From positions 62,001-126,000 of IMG/VR virus record IMGVR_UViG_3300026097_000876: DNA of 64,000 nucleotides; one strand, given 5' to 3'. The notes beneath the pieces are model-generated. The model did no database searches and was not told the DNA's origin. It saw nothing but the letters and a program-made list of their open reading frames with translations. Each line of letters opens with the position of its first letter. Positions within the stretch are counted from its first letter, which is position 1. Shown in pieces: positions 33,202 to 42,951 of the stretch. The position numbers and the translations under genes are program-made.

Positions 33202-33908
33202 TTAAAAAACCATTTCTTTAGATTGGCAGCAAAGAGCGCATGACTGTTGTGTCCAGGATGGGGATTTGGTTTATCTAATGCTTCATCTATGTAAAAATTT
33301 GTTTCCCATATAAAGTTTTTTAGATTAACATTTTTTACATAAAAATTATCAAAATATTCTTTGTGTTTTTTTGGAATCTCATGTTCGGGAAAAACATGAA
33401 AACTTTTTATTCCTTTGTTTTTAAGGTATCCGTGAACATAATTTATTCTAATTAATTGATCAAAAATTGTGTCAAACTGTTCGTAGTAATTTTCGTAATA
33501 AGTTTTTACTGTTTTTATAAATTCAGTTTTTTCTGACTTGTGTCTTCTCCAAAATGTTAAGGGCATATTTTGTTTTATAAATGCTGGTAGCATATGTATT
33601 CTAATGTTTTTTTGATCTTCAAATATAGTCTGCCTATTAAAGTTAGACCAAAGTATTACTACTACAGTGTTTTTTGTGTAATGGGGATATTCTATTATAG
33701 ACTTAGTAATCATTTTATTAGACGAGCCGGGTATTGCACAATTATCTACAGAAGTAAAGTTAACTAAATCTTTTAACTTTTCGGGCCAAGCGTATTTACT
33801 AGGATACGGGCCTTCTGAGCGACTGTCCTCGCCTAAGCAATCTTTTAGTCCGTGACCGTATGTATGACTGCATCCAAACGTAACTAATTTGTAATTTGAC
33901 CAAGCCAT
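33198..33908 (-). CDS. SGNH-like hydrolase
   Basis: TFGCSHT, GSSN, HPGHNSH. Confidence 0.6.
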   Translation of the reverse strand: MAWSNYKLVTFGCSHTYGHGLKDCLGEDSRSEGPYPSKYAWPEKLKDLVNFTSVDNCAIPGSSNKMITKSIIEYPHYTKNTVVVILWSNFNRQTIFEDQKNIRIHMLPAFIKQNMPLTFWRRHKSEKTEFIKTVKTYYENYYEQFDTIFDQLIRINYVHGYLKNKGIKSFHVFPEHEIPKKHKEYFDNFYVKNVNLKNFIWETNFYIDEALDKPNPHPGHNSHALFAANLKKWFFK

Positions 33909-34570
33909 GTGTTTTTCCTTGCACTTGTATCGAAATCAAAGTTCCAATACTCAATATCTTGTTTGTACCAGTCTGCTACAATTTGTATTGTTTGAGGCGT
34001 GTATATTTCTTTATAAGAATCTATTAGTCCTGTAACATTTCGAGAACGTGGCATAGTTGCTAAATTTAAATATTTTGTTAGGTCAGTGTCAAGATTTTCT
34101 TGTCTTAATATATCGCATCGAACATTGTTATCTTCGTCAATGACATAATCAAATTGATTGTACCATCCTCGTACAGCACGATGCCACATAAATTCCATTC
34201 CGCCCCATTTGTGCCGCTCTTCTAAAAATGCTTCAAAGGAAGATATGTCAGCATAACCAATTGGAGAATTTTTTTCAATTTCGATAACTTTTTTAGCAAA
34301 GTAAAAACGAGAAGCAACTCTTGCCCACGGATTTCGAACTATAGTAAATGCTGTATGTTTTTCTCTCAAAGACACATTAAAATCTCTCCATCGTGCATGT
34401 GCGTAGCCGTGGTGATCTCCAAGAGCATTCATAGTACTAAGAAGATTAGCTGTGTACTCTTTACTAATATGTGTTTTAGGACTAGCATCGATTATTTTAT
34501 TTTTTAAATCTTTGTTAAGTCTAATTGTACATCCTGCATTTTTTGGTATGTGTATAAAAAGTTTTTTCAT
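33884..34570 (-). CDS. Sulfotransferase (Sulfotransfer_2-like)
   Basis: FIHIPKNAG (5'-PSB); VRNPWARVAS (3'-PB). Confidence 0.8.
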   Translation of the reverse strand: MKKLFIHIPKNAGCTIRLNKDLKNKIIDASPKTHISKEYTANLLSTMNALGDHHGYAHARWRDFNVSLREKHTAFTIVRNPWARVASRFYFAKKVIEIEKNSPIGYADISSFEAFLEERHKWGGMEFMWHRAVRGWYNQFDYVIDEDNNVRCDILRQENLDTDLTKYLNLATMPRSRNVTGLIDSYKEIYTPQTIQIVADWYKQDIEYWNFDFDTSARKNTWLGQITN

Positions 34571-34947
34571 TAGTATTTTGTATAATTCTTTTCTTCTATT
34601 ATAGACGAATTTGTTATTGTGTTGATCATTTTTTTAATTTCTGCTCTATTGTCATTTTTTATATAAACCTGCCTAGCAAGTTCTACAAACTTAGGACCAA
34701 AGTCCTTTGTGATTTCACATTTACGTTTATCATTTTCTATATTCCAAAGTGCTAGATTTATTTCATATAATTCGTGCACTAGGTGATTTACTTCTGCGTC
34801 ATCAGTAAATGCTTTACTTTCTAGTAAAGACAATTCTTTACTAACATTTATTAGTTGCTTTTCGTCTGTTAACTTTTCCTGTTTGATTTTTAATATTGTA
34901 ATTTTATCAAACAGCTCACCGACAGATACTTCAATCGATACCATCAT
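34570..34947 (-). CDS. Conserved phage protein (DUF6165-like)
   Basis: VSVGELFDKITIL.IK...ELARQVYIKND.RA.IK..IN. Confidence 0.7.
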   Translation of the reverse strand: MMVSIEVSVGELFDKITILKIKQEKLTDEKQLINVSKELSLLESKAFTDDAEVNHLVHELYEINLALWNIENDKRKCEITKDFGPKFVELARQVYIKNDNRAEIKKMINTITNSSIIEEKNYTKY

Positions 34948-35692
34948 TAATTTTGATCCTATTGTCTTTAGCCCTGTGCATATGATGACTCCAACGATCC
35001 TTAGCACTTGTTGTATATATGTGAATGTTCTCTGGGGCAAAGTATATTTGTGACATGTGCAAAAATCCACTATCAACGCCAACATGATAAGTTGCTTTAG
35101 ACATTGCATATGCAATATGTTTGAGACTATCTTTTAATAGTATATTTTTAGATTCGCCGCCTACAACAACTATTTCATAGTCTTTATACTTGTCTAGTAT
35201 TGCTTGTCGTAGATTAGGCTTAATCATACGTTTTTTTGATGTACTATCAAACTGTACAGTAATAAATTTTTTAGGGAGTTTAATATCTTGGTATTCTGCT
35301 GCGATTTGTGGAAAATGTTTAAGATATTGTGTTGAGTCAATACCTTGTGCAGGTTCAAAACGTTGTGGATAATCAGTATATATATGTGCTTCTGCGTCGT
35401 ATCCTTGAGACCTTACATAGTCTACAAAATCATTATTGTCTTTGGGTTCGAAATCTAAGTGAGGCATAATTGAAATATTTTTATTAGGAAATAGGTCTAG
35501 TATTTCAGGCCAACTTTCAGGCTTATGTCTATTCCATTGATATTTTGTAAGGTGTAAAGTTACTGGGGTGTTTTCTATTAGTCCGTAGTTGTATGCTAGT
35601 AATACACTGTGTATTCTATCACCTAAACCAGGAGCACCGTAGTGAAAGTTTTTCTTTACGGTGCTATATGCTCTCATAGCTATATGTTTCAT
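34931..35692 (-). CDS. Glycosyltransferase (GT9-like, GT-B fold)
   Basis: GLGDRI; HVGVDSGFLH. Confidence 0.6.
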   Translation of the reverse strand: MKHIAMRAYSTVKKNFHYGAPGLGDRIHSVLLAYNYGLIENTPVTLHLTKYQWNRHKPESWPEILDLFPNKNISIMPHLDFEPKDNNDFVDYVRSQGYDAEAHIYTDYPQRFEPAQGIDSTQYLKHFPQIAAEYQDIKLPKKFITVQFDSTSKKRMIKPNLRQAILDKYKDYEIVVVGGESKNILLKDSLKHIAYAMSKATYHVGVDSGFLHMSQIYFAPENIHIYTTSAKDRWSHHMHRAKDNRIKINDGID

Positions 35693-35694
35693 AA

Positions 35695-36321
35695 TTACAC
35701 TCTAATTTCAAACTGAGTCATTCCGTGTCGATAAAAATTATTACGTAAATTATGGTTATCAACAAATTGGTTTACAGCTCGCGTTACTCCTGGTTTACTC
35801 CAAGTAGCTTTAGGCCATTTAAAATCATCTCCTAATATTAATCCTCCAGGTTTGACTTTTTTATATGCGTTTATAAGATCAGCATAACACCCTTCATAAG
35901 AATGATCGCCATCGATATAAATCCAATCTAAATGATTATCTTGACAGGAATCAAACCAAACAGTAGACGATTGTCTTATAATTTTAACTTCTGGATTATT
36001 AGCAAATTTTGTTTTGACTTTTTGATATACATTGTCATAGTACTTGTCAAACTCTTTTTCTAATTCCGCAGGATCCTTAATTTCAGGAGATATATTGAGA
36101 AGTTTTTGATATTTCCATAACCACTTATCATATGTCATTTCACTATTATCTTTGAACGGGTCAACTGAATATGGATCAACTAGATATAATTTTTTTAACT
36201 TTTTCTTTGCAAATTCAAATGAAGTATTTCCCATCCATACTCCTATTTCAGCGCCTACTGTGTCTTTTTTAATTAGGTGTAAAATATTCGGTGCATCGCT
36301 ATTTCTTTCTTTTACCATCAT
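35695..36321 (-). CDS. Class I SAM methyltransferase
   Basis: AEIGVWMG; WIYIDGDHSYE; GDDF. Confidence 0.8.
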   Translation of the reverse strand: MMVKERNSDAPNILHLIKKDTVGAEIGVWMGNTSFEFAKKKLKKLYLVDPYSVDPFKDNSEMTYDKWLWKYQKLLNISPEIKDPAELEKEFDKYYDNVYQKVKTKFANNPEVKIIRQSSTVWFDSCQDNHLDWIYIDGDHSYEGCYADLINAYKKVKPGGLILGDDFKWPKATWSKPGVTRAVNQFVDNHNLRNNFYRHGMTQFEIRV

Positions 36322-37115
36322 AAAGGGTGTTCTCCAATTTCTTTCATCAAGGTTAGAATATTTTCTCCCCTTTGTGGTAATAAATCTTTTAAGAAAAAAT
36401 GAATAAAATATGCTTCGGACAAATAATTGTCGTCAATACCTTTGTATAATCCATTCCATCTCCAGTCCATGTTCAGCGATGGAATATTTTCTTTTTTTAT
36501 CCACCAGTTGAGTAACATTTGATCTGTAGACCATTTTCGATATCCTACGCCATCAACAAAATCCTTAAATTCAGGACGTTCTAAAAATTCTTTAGGAGTT
36601 TGATTTTTTAAGTAAGGTTTAAATTTTTCACAATTAATTACCATCATACCCATATTATAAAATTCAGCGCCTGTGTTGTTCCATTTCCAATCAACATCAG
36701 TACATGGCTCAAACGCTGCTTTAGAATACTTTTTAATTTTAGACTTATATTTTTTAGAACAAGGTAGCTCTCGTTCAACAACTGCACCAAATGCATATTC
36801 TCCAGTTAGGTCTTTAAAAATATTTGGAGCATTATGTTTAATAAAAATATCACTATCTATAATTGCAATTTGGTCATAATCTTTAATGTACTGAAATGCA
36901 TTTTCTTTTTCGTAGATCGGCAAGTACCCTAGTCGCTCGACCGCTTCTTTACTACGGCCCGTTCTGTCCATATCGGGTCTAATTTTTAAAAGAGGTTCTG
37001 TTTGCACAATATGTGTAATGTTGTATGCAGCGCAATATTTTTCAACGCTTTGTATACAATGAGTATACAGTTTACTGGGTGTTCCAACAGCAACTTGGTA
37101 GATCATTCTCTTCAT
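36318..37115 (-). CDS. Glycosyltransferase (GT-A, GT8-like)
   Basis: IIDSDI; FYNMGMM; TDQMLLN. Confidence 0.7.
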   Translation of the reverse strand: MKRMIYQVAVGTPSKLYTHCIQSVEKYCAAYNITHIVQTEPLLKIRPDMDRTGRSKEAVERLGYLPIYEKENAFQYIKDYDQIAIIDSDIFIKHNAPNIFKDLTGEYAFGAVVERELPCSKKYKSKIKKYSKAAFEPCTDVDWKWNNTGAEFYNMGMMVINCEKFKPYLKNQTPKEFLERPEFKDFVDGVGYRKWSTDQMLLNWWIKKENIPSLNMDWRWNGLYKGIDDNYLSEAYFIHFFLKDLLPQRGENILTLMKEIGEHPL

Positions 37116-37690
37116 GATAAATCCTTAGTAAAACTAACTTTTGTTTCGTATGTTACTTTGTTATACTTATCAAATTGCATATTAACAATTCCGTCACATA
37201 ACATCCAATCTGCTGGCATAACGCCGTATGTGTCTACCCAATTTAAAATTTTTCTAGCACCTGTTGGAGTAATTCGATATGCTCGGGCTCCCTCATACCA
37301 ATTTCCAGCCGGGATAGGTTTAGCTTTTTTAAAGCCTTCAAATTTATATACATCGCAATCTGTATACTTGCCGATAGGTTTTTTAAATACTACGTCGTGT
37401 TCAAATATACATATTGACGTATTAGTTTCTGCGCATTCCTTCCATAATAACCATTGACTTAGAAAACACCCTTGTGTTCCAGGACGTTGCAAAAGTTTTT
37501 TTGCTTTTTTACTTTGATTAGTTACCGATAGATTATAGTCTGCTAGTCCAGTAATTAATCCGTTAACACCTGGTCGTAATTCTAGATTCCATCCGTGATG
37601 TGTGCCAGTTTGAATAGCACGAGATGCCATTTGAACGCTTTGATCATAATCTGGAAGATAGATAACATAACCTCTATCTTCCACTAACAT
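37112..37690 (-). CDS. Glycosyltransferase family 25-like
   Basis: GCFLSQW.LW; IFEHDV; AYRITP.GA; PADW. Confidence 0.7.
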   Translation of the reverse strand: MLVEDRGYVIYLPDYDQSVQMASRAIQTGTHHGWNLELRPGVNGLITGLADYNLSVTNQSKKAKKLLQRPGTQGCFLSQWLLWKECAETNTSICIFEHDVVFKKPIGKYTDCDVYKFEGFKKAKPIPAGNWYEGARAYRITPTGARKILNWVDTYGVMPADWMLCDGIVNMQFDKYNKVTYETKVSFTKDLS

Positions 37691-38537
37691 TTTCTAAGTT
37701 CCTAATTTCTCGCTCTATTTTAGTACGCCAATGATCTGGAAGCCACCTAAGTTGAGCTGATTTAAATCGCCTATCTTCTTTTTTATTACCTTTGCCTGTA
37801 CTAAAAATGTCATCCTTTTTTTGACCCCATGCATTCCATTTATACGGAATTTTAGAATATGTTTTTCCTAACCGTGTCCACTCCGCCATTGTATCTTTTA
37901 ATACATCTTGATCAATAAACCAATAACATCCTTGTTCAAACCCTTTTATTAAATTGTTACTAAACAAATTTCTGAATTCTATACCTTCTTGATTTGTCCC
38001 TGGTGTTAATGCACTAGCAATAAAAATTCCTTGATCTTTTGGCTTAGGCATTACTCCTACGTATCTAGTAAGATTTTCAAAGTCTCGTAAATGAAATCCA
38101 TTTTTTAAAATGCTATCGCAATCAATTTGTAATATATACTGATTGCTATTTTTAAATAATTCGTTTAATCTCATAAAACGAGCACTAGCTAAATAGGTTC
38201 TTCTTGCAACATAGTCTACATCTGAAGTTTTAAAAATATCAAAACCTTCTTTCATTTTTTTATTATTTTTTGGCAAATTATTATAAAAGTCTTGTGTAAC
38301 AGTTTCCCAAGTATAGGTAAATTTAAAATTATTAGAAAGAAATTTTAAAACATCGTGATCTATATTTCCTTCGTCAATGATATGGCAATGTACGTGTACC
38401 CAAGAAAGGGTTCGATTTATACTCTGCTGTAGTGCATAACCGTGCCTATCAAAATATTTGTAGTCGCAACTAAAATATACAACATAGTTATTTTCTTTAG
38501 GACACAGAGTGCCATTTAATTTTGGTAGATTAAACAT
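37674..38537 (-). CDS. Glycosyltransferase-like protein (GT-A)
   Basis: QIDCDS; WFIDQ. Confidence 0.55.
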   Translation of the reverse strand: MFNLPKLNGTLCPKENNYVVYFSCDYKYFDRHGYALQQSINRTLSWVHVHCHIIDEGNIDHDVLKFLSNNFKFTYTWETVTQDFYNNLPKNNKKMKEGFDIFKTSDVDYVARRTYLASARFMRLNELFKNSNQYILQIDCDSILKNGFHLRDFENLTRYVGVMPKPKDQGIFIASALTPGTNQEGIEFRNLFSNNLIKGFEQGCYWFIDQDVLKDTMAEWTRLGKTYSKIPYKWNAWGQKKDDIFSTGKGNKKEDRRFKSAQLRWLPDHWRTKIEREIRNLENVSGR

Positions 38538-39210
38538 CGGGTGCCATCCTTGGTCGATATCCAATAATTGCATTCTTTTCTCCGCGGCCGACTTTTCTAA
38601 TCATTCTATACCCTAGAGACATTAAAATTTCTCTAATGCTTTCTTCAGTGTATCCATAACGTCGGGGATGTTGTTTTCTTTCGTATAAAATAATCGGCTT
38701 GCACCTTTCAATAGTTTCTAAGCCTCCGATTGCAACAAACGGCTCATATCCTTCAGCATCAATTTTAATAAAGTCTACATCTCGAAAATTAAAAAAGTCT
38801 AAAGGTTTTATAGCAATGCTACCTTTGTCTTGACTGTTAGGTTTTACATGTGTGCCAAAACTTTTGTTAGTAGTAACAATATCAACAGTTTCCTCTTTTC
38901 TGCCTACGCCAACTGGATATGTTGTTACGTTAGTGACCTTTTTATGTGCAAGGTTATGCACTAAGCATTGATATATTTTTGGATTAATTTCAAAAGCATG
39001 TATATGTTCAAATGTTTTTGACATTTGATATGAAGTAATTCCTACATGTGCTCCTACATCAATAGCAACTCTTAGTTTTTCACAATAGCTCATTGCTATC
39101 TGTAGTTCCAAGTTTTGGTAATCTTCTATTTTACCGACTCCTTGTTTTTTAGCACTTTTTAAACAAATATCTCCGCTTACTGTGCGCCACCCGTCAATTT
39201 CATTATACAT
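38530..39210 (-). CDS. FkbM-family methyltransferase
   Basis: IDVGAHVG; AFEINP; IKIDAEGYE. Confidence 0.85.
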   Translation of the reverse strand: MYNEIDGWRTVSGDICLKSAKKQGVGKIEDYQNLELQIAMSYCEKLRVAIDVGAHVGITSYQMSKTFEHIHAFEINPKIYQCLVHNLAHKKVTNVTTYPVGVGRKEETVDIVTTNKSFGTHVKPNSQDKGSIAIKPLDFFNFRDVDFIKIDAEGYEPFVAIGGLETIERCKPIILYERKQHPRRYGYTEESIREILMSLGYRMIRKVGRGEKNAIIGYRPRMAPDV

Positions 39211-39982
39211 TATTTTCTACCTGATATTTAAATGTGCATTTCCATGCTGTTCCATTTGCAAATTCGTCTCTAGAAAATTGACTCCATGCAATATGTTCTA
39301 GCATCTCTTGACGATCAAAGTTTGTTTGATTTTGCCAATGTTGCACTGCACTTTGGCCTAGTATTTCTACTGGAGTGCCAAGACAAAGAGATTCAACAGC
39401 AGCCATGCTATGATATGTTATTACTTTTTTTGCTTCTTTTATCATAGGCAATATTTCTTTGAATCTTTGTTTACGTTTACCCTGCTTTTCTCTAATAATT
39501 AGCGGAACATCTAAATTATTATATTTTTCAATAGTTTCTTCTCGCCAAGTATTATAGTTTTTACCTAAGTATTTAAAAATATTACTAGACTGTGACATAA
39601 CTAAAAGATTATATTTTCCTTTTAGATTCCAGTCTTGCCATAAACTATTATCTATTTCTAACTTTGATATTCTGCTTGTACTAACCGGGTATGGTTTAGT
39701 ATTTTGTAATGAGTTGTAACTAATACGATAATAGTACGGAGTTTTATAAAGATGATTACCGATATAACCATTATCAATATGGAAAAAATTTAATTTTTTA
39801 TTTTTACTAATTTCGTCAAACACCCAGTCATCAAATGGATGACTGAATGCTAAGTATCTGTTCGGATCGATTTGGTCTTGCGAATTAATTGTTATAGTGT
39901 CAAAGTTATTGTATAGATAACTAAAGACTTGTCCTCTCAGATTTTTTGAGTTTTCGGGTACTTGAAATTTATAAGGATGCAT
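39203..39982 (-). CDS. GT-B-like / capsule-biosynthesis-like protein, paralog 4
   Basis: HIDNGY; ITYHSMAAVESLCLGTP; IAWSQFS..E. Confidence 0.55.
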   Translation of the reverse strand: MHPYKFQVPENSKNLRGQVFSYLYNNFDTITINSQDQIDPNRYLAFSHPFDDWVFDEISKNKKLNFFHIDNGYIGNHLYKTPYYYRISYNSLQNTKPYPVSTSRISKLEIDNSLWQDWNLKGKYNLLVMSQSSNIFKYLGKNYNTWREETIEKYNNLDVPLIIREKQGKRKQRFKEILPMIKEAKKVITYHSMAAVESLCLGTPVEILGQSAVQHWQNQTNFDRQEMLEHIAWSQFSRDEFANGTAWKCTFKYQVENNV

Positions 39983-40424
39983 CTTCCATGCCCGCGACCC
40001 TAAGTTTAACTACGTTTGTAATTTGCCACTGTTTTTGATCAAGTCCTTTTAATAAGCCTAACCATTTATTACGAAGTAAAGCAAATTCATTGATAATTTT
40101 TTCATAATCAACAACATCGGCTTCGCCTTCTACATATTTTTCTACGTCTCGACTACTCAATGCTCTTTGATAATTTTCAAGATATTTTTTAAAATACGAG
40201 CTACGTAGTCTACGTAGCTCGATATTCATATAGTTAAGGATTGCTTCAATTTCTTGAAGTTGATTGAATCGATGTTCAACTATACCAGGAAGCTCAGAGG
40301 CAGCTCTTTCAACGTTTCCTTTAAGTTTTACTTCGTTTTTAGCCTCAACTAATTCTTTTTCAAAATGATCAATTGCATTAGGTATTTTACTGATATCTCT
40401 CGATACTTCAGAGTACCATCCCAT
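39969..40424 (-). CDS. uvsY: Recombination mediator UvsY
   Basis: KYLENYQRALSSRDVEKYVEGE...KGLDQKQWQITNVVKLR.AG; adjacent to uvsX. Confidence 0.8.
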   Translation of the reverse strand: MGWYSEVSRDISKIPNAIDHFEKELVEAKNEVKLKGNVERAASELPGIVEHRFNQLQEIEAILNYMNIELRRLRSSYFKKYLENYQRALSSRDVEKYVEGEADVVDYEKIINEFALLRNKWLGLLKGLDQKQWQITNVVKLRVAGMEDASL

Positions 40425-40426
40425 AC

Positions 40427-40663
40427 TTAATCATCCCACTCGTCTTCGTCTTCATCATATTCGATATTTTCGTCAACGTCAAGATAATATGTAATTGCTG
40501 AATCTAAAATATCACATATTCCCATAGCATCTTTTAAATGTATATCATCTGCACCATGATCGGCACAAGTATCAATAAATTTTTCTGCTACTACTTCAAT
40601 ATTTTTTTTGTCAATGCTATCTTTAAATGTGTTCCACATATCAACAATAAGGCTTGCTTGCAT
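40427..40663 (-). CDS. Small acidic hypothetical protein
   Basis: ORF track. Confidence 0.7.
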   Translation of the reverse strand: MQASLIVDMWNTFKDSIDKKNIEVVAEKFIDTCADHGADDIHLKDAMGICDILDSAITYYLDVDENIEYDEDEDEWDD

Positions 40664-40667
40664 AGAA

Positions 40668-41750
40668 TTACTCCTGATTTTCTAGTTCTTCGATTGATTC
40701 TTCGATTGATTCTTCAATCTCGGTATTTACCGTCGGAGCCGTCTTTTCAGCGTACTCTGACATAATTAAATCAAGTTTTTCACCGATCCATTGTTTGCGA
40801 TAATCAAGATGTTCGTTGCCTTCTAAGTCAATATATTTGAGACGATTGCCTTGCTTTTCTAACAAGCCTTTTTTCTCAAACAATTCAACAAGGCCACTAT
40901 AAGGGTTCATTCCTGTTTCGTAAGGAATCTTAACTTGTACACCTTCGAACGGTTTTGCATAACGTGTCTTCATAACTTTACAGCCAGCACGGATACCCAT
41001 AACTTCTGAAATTTTATTACCATCCTCATCTTCTTTGAGTTTCATTTTTTTCATTGCAACTACAATAGATGAGGCATAGATAAAGCCTTGACCGCCTGAA
41101 ATCTTATCGTCTGGATCAAACATATCTTGCGATGCATATGTATGGTTAGTACATACAAGTCCTACGTTATAACTACCGATCATATTAACTGTATTACGAA
41201 CAAGTGCTGTTAATTGCTTGGGCTTACGTCCCATGTCACCTTTCATATCACCTTTTTGAAACTGATCCATGTCGGTAGGTGTAAGTAACATGCCTAGCGA
41301 ATCAACTACAAACAATACTTTAGGTCGATCTTCCTCATTCATTGCTTTATAGTCTGCCATGAATGTTGAAATAGTTTTAGCAACATCGTCGATCATTGAC
41401 ATATTAAGTTTGAGAAGTTTCTCTTCACTTGTGTCAACATCTAATGCTTGTAGCCATGTTTCATCAAGTGCATTTTCCGAGTCAATAAGAACTACAAAAA
41501 TGCCCTGATCTTGTGCATGTTTTACAATATTGCCTGAACAAAAATACGATTTGCCTGCTCCTGATTCTCCAGCAAATACTGTTACTTTACCTAGTGGAAC
41601 ACCTTTGTTAAAGTCTCCTGAGATAAGATAGTTAAGAGCATAACTACCTGTACTGATCCAGTCTGTAGGATCGTTGAATCCGCTACTCATACCTGTAATG
41701 GATTTTGTTAAGTCCTTGCGGAACTTACTAACATCGAATGATTTAGCCAT
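40668..41750 (-). CDS. uvsX: RecA-like recombinase UvsX
   Basis: GESGAGKS; IDSENA; VVDSLG; SGGQG..YAS. Confidence 0.9.
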   Translation of the reverse strand: MAKSFDVSKFRKDLTKSITGMSSGFNDPTDWISTGSYALNYLISGDFNKGVPLGKVTVFAGESGAGKSYFCSGNIVKHAQDQGIFVVLIDSENALDETWLQALDVDTSEEKLLKLNMSMIDDVAKTISTFMADYKAMNEEDRPKVLFVVDSLGMLLTPTDMDQFQKGDMKGDMGRKPKQLTALVRNTVNMIGSYNVGLVCTNHTYASQDMFDPDDKISGGQGFIYASSIVVAMKKMKLKEDEDGNKISEVMGIRAGCKVMKTRYAKPFEGVQVKIPYETGMNPYSGLVELFEKKGLLEKQGNRLKYIDLEGNEHLDYRKQWIGEKLDLIMSEYAEKTAPTVNTEIEESIEESIEELENQE

Positions 41751-41771
41751 AATTTCTCCTAAAATAAAAAA

Positions 41772-41811
41772 TAAAAACCCCTAAGCAGTCCTTTTCAGCA
41801 ACTGATAGGGG
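41772..41811 (-). terminator. Rho-independent terminator after ssb
   Basis: CCCCT...AGGGG stem followed by a T run on the minus strand. Confidence 0.65.
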
Positions 41812-41819
41812 CCGTGTTA

Positions 41820-42818
41820 TTATTGTCCTTGACGTGAACGAATCATTGCAAGGATGTCATTTGCATCGCCACCGGTTGCTGGCTTTTCATCTGATGCTGC
41901 TGGAGTGTCGTTTACTACAGTCTCTGTTACAGGAGCAGGTGCTTCTGTAGTAGTTTCTGTCGGAAGCGGAGCAGGAGCAGGAGTTGTAGCCGCCGAAGAA
42001 GACATGTTAGGATCTCCTGTACGTGACGCCATGCCTGCTGGACGGAAGTAATTACTCCAACGATCTGGATCGTATGGCTCGCCGTCTACTGATGCTTCGA
42101 ACATTTCTTGCATCACTTTAACTTCAACTTCACCTGGCTTTTTAGGAAGAAAATCATTAAGATTAAACAATCCGTTTGTGTTAATAGAATTCATTTCTGA
42201 ATCACCTAATGGACGATCTCGACGTGCCCAGTTAGATGTTGAATAGTCAGCAAACCCACCTTTTGAACTTTTGTTAAGACGGAAGTCTACACCAGCAGTA
42301 TAATCTGTTGGCAATTCTTCCATGTCTGGGTCCATAAGTGCTTGCTTAATGATCTGGAAGATCTGTGGCCCAATAATAAATCGACGAATCGGATTATCTG
42401 GCGTTGTATCTTCTGCTAAAGGATTATCTGTAACAAATCCTTGGAACAAGTATGAACGCTTTTTCCAGTACTTACGACCCATGTCTTCTAAACTAGGATC
42501 CTTAAACCAACCGCGCACTTCTTGTAGAATACTACAACTATCGCCATACATTTCCATACAAGGAATTTGTACTTGTACTGGTCGCGAATCAGTCTGACCC
42601 TTTACTCCGCTAAATGGGAGTTTGATCATTAAACGCTCTTTCCAGAAAAATGTATTAGATTCGTCTCCATCTGGAAGGAACCGCAAAGTTGCTGTTTGAC
42701 CTTCTTGCATGTTCCAGAATGGATAGATTGCGTTGTCGCCACCGCCTGACTGACGGTTACCTGAAGCGCCTGCTTCTTGTTCTTTGAGCTTCGCTCGAAT
42801 TTCTGCTAATGATGCCAT
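41820..42818 (-). CDS. gp32: Single-stranded DNA-binding protein (T4 gp32-like)
   Basis: LRFLP, YWKKRSY, GVDFRL.K, DYSTS; C-terminal DILAMIR. Confidence 0.85.
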   Translation of the reverse strand: MASLAEIRAKLKEQEAGASGNRQSGGGDNAIYPFWNMQEGQTATLRFLPDGDESNTFFWKERLMIKLPFSGVKGQTDSRPVQVQIPCMEMYGDSCSILQEVRGWFKDPSLEDMGRKYWKKRSYLFQGFVTDNPLAEDTTPDNPIRRFIIGPQIFQIIKQALMDPDMEELPTDYTAGVDFRLNKSSKGGFADYSTSNWARRDRPLGDSEMNSINTNGLFNLNDFLPKKPGEVEVKVMQEMFEASVDGEPYDPDRWSNYFRPAGMASRTGDPNMSSSAATTPAPAPLPTETTTEAPAPVTETVVNDTPAASDEKPATGGDANDILAMIRSRQGQ

Positions 42819-42896
42819 AGTGCCTATTCTCCTATAATGTTTGCCTATGTAGAACAACTAAATTGTTCTTGTGCCTTTATATGTAGCACAGTGTTT

Positions 42897-42925
42897 ATTA
42901 TATACTGTACTACTTAGTAAGTCAA
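42897..42925 (-). promoter_or_regulatory. sigma70-type promoter for the ssb/uvsX operon
   Basis: TTGACT-17-TATAAT. Confidence 0.75.
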
Positions 42926-42951
42926 GTATTTTCTTGACTGTATTTAAGAAA

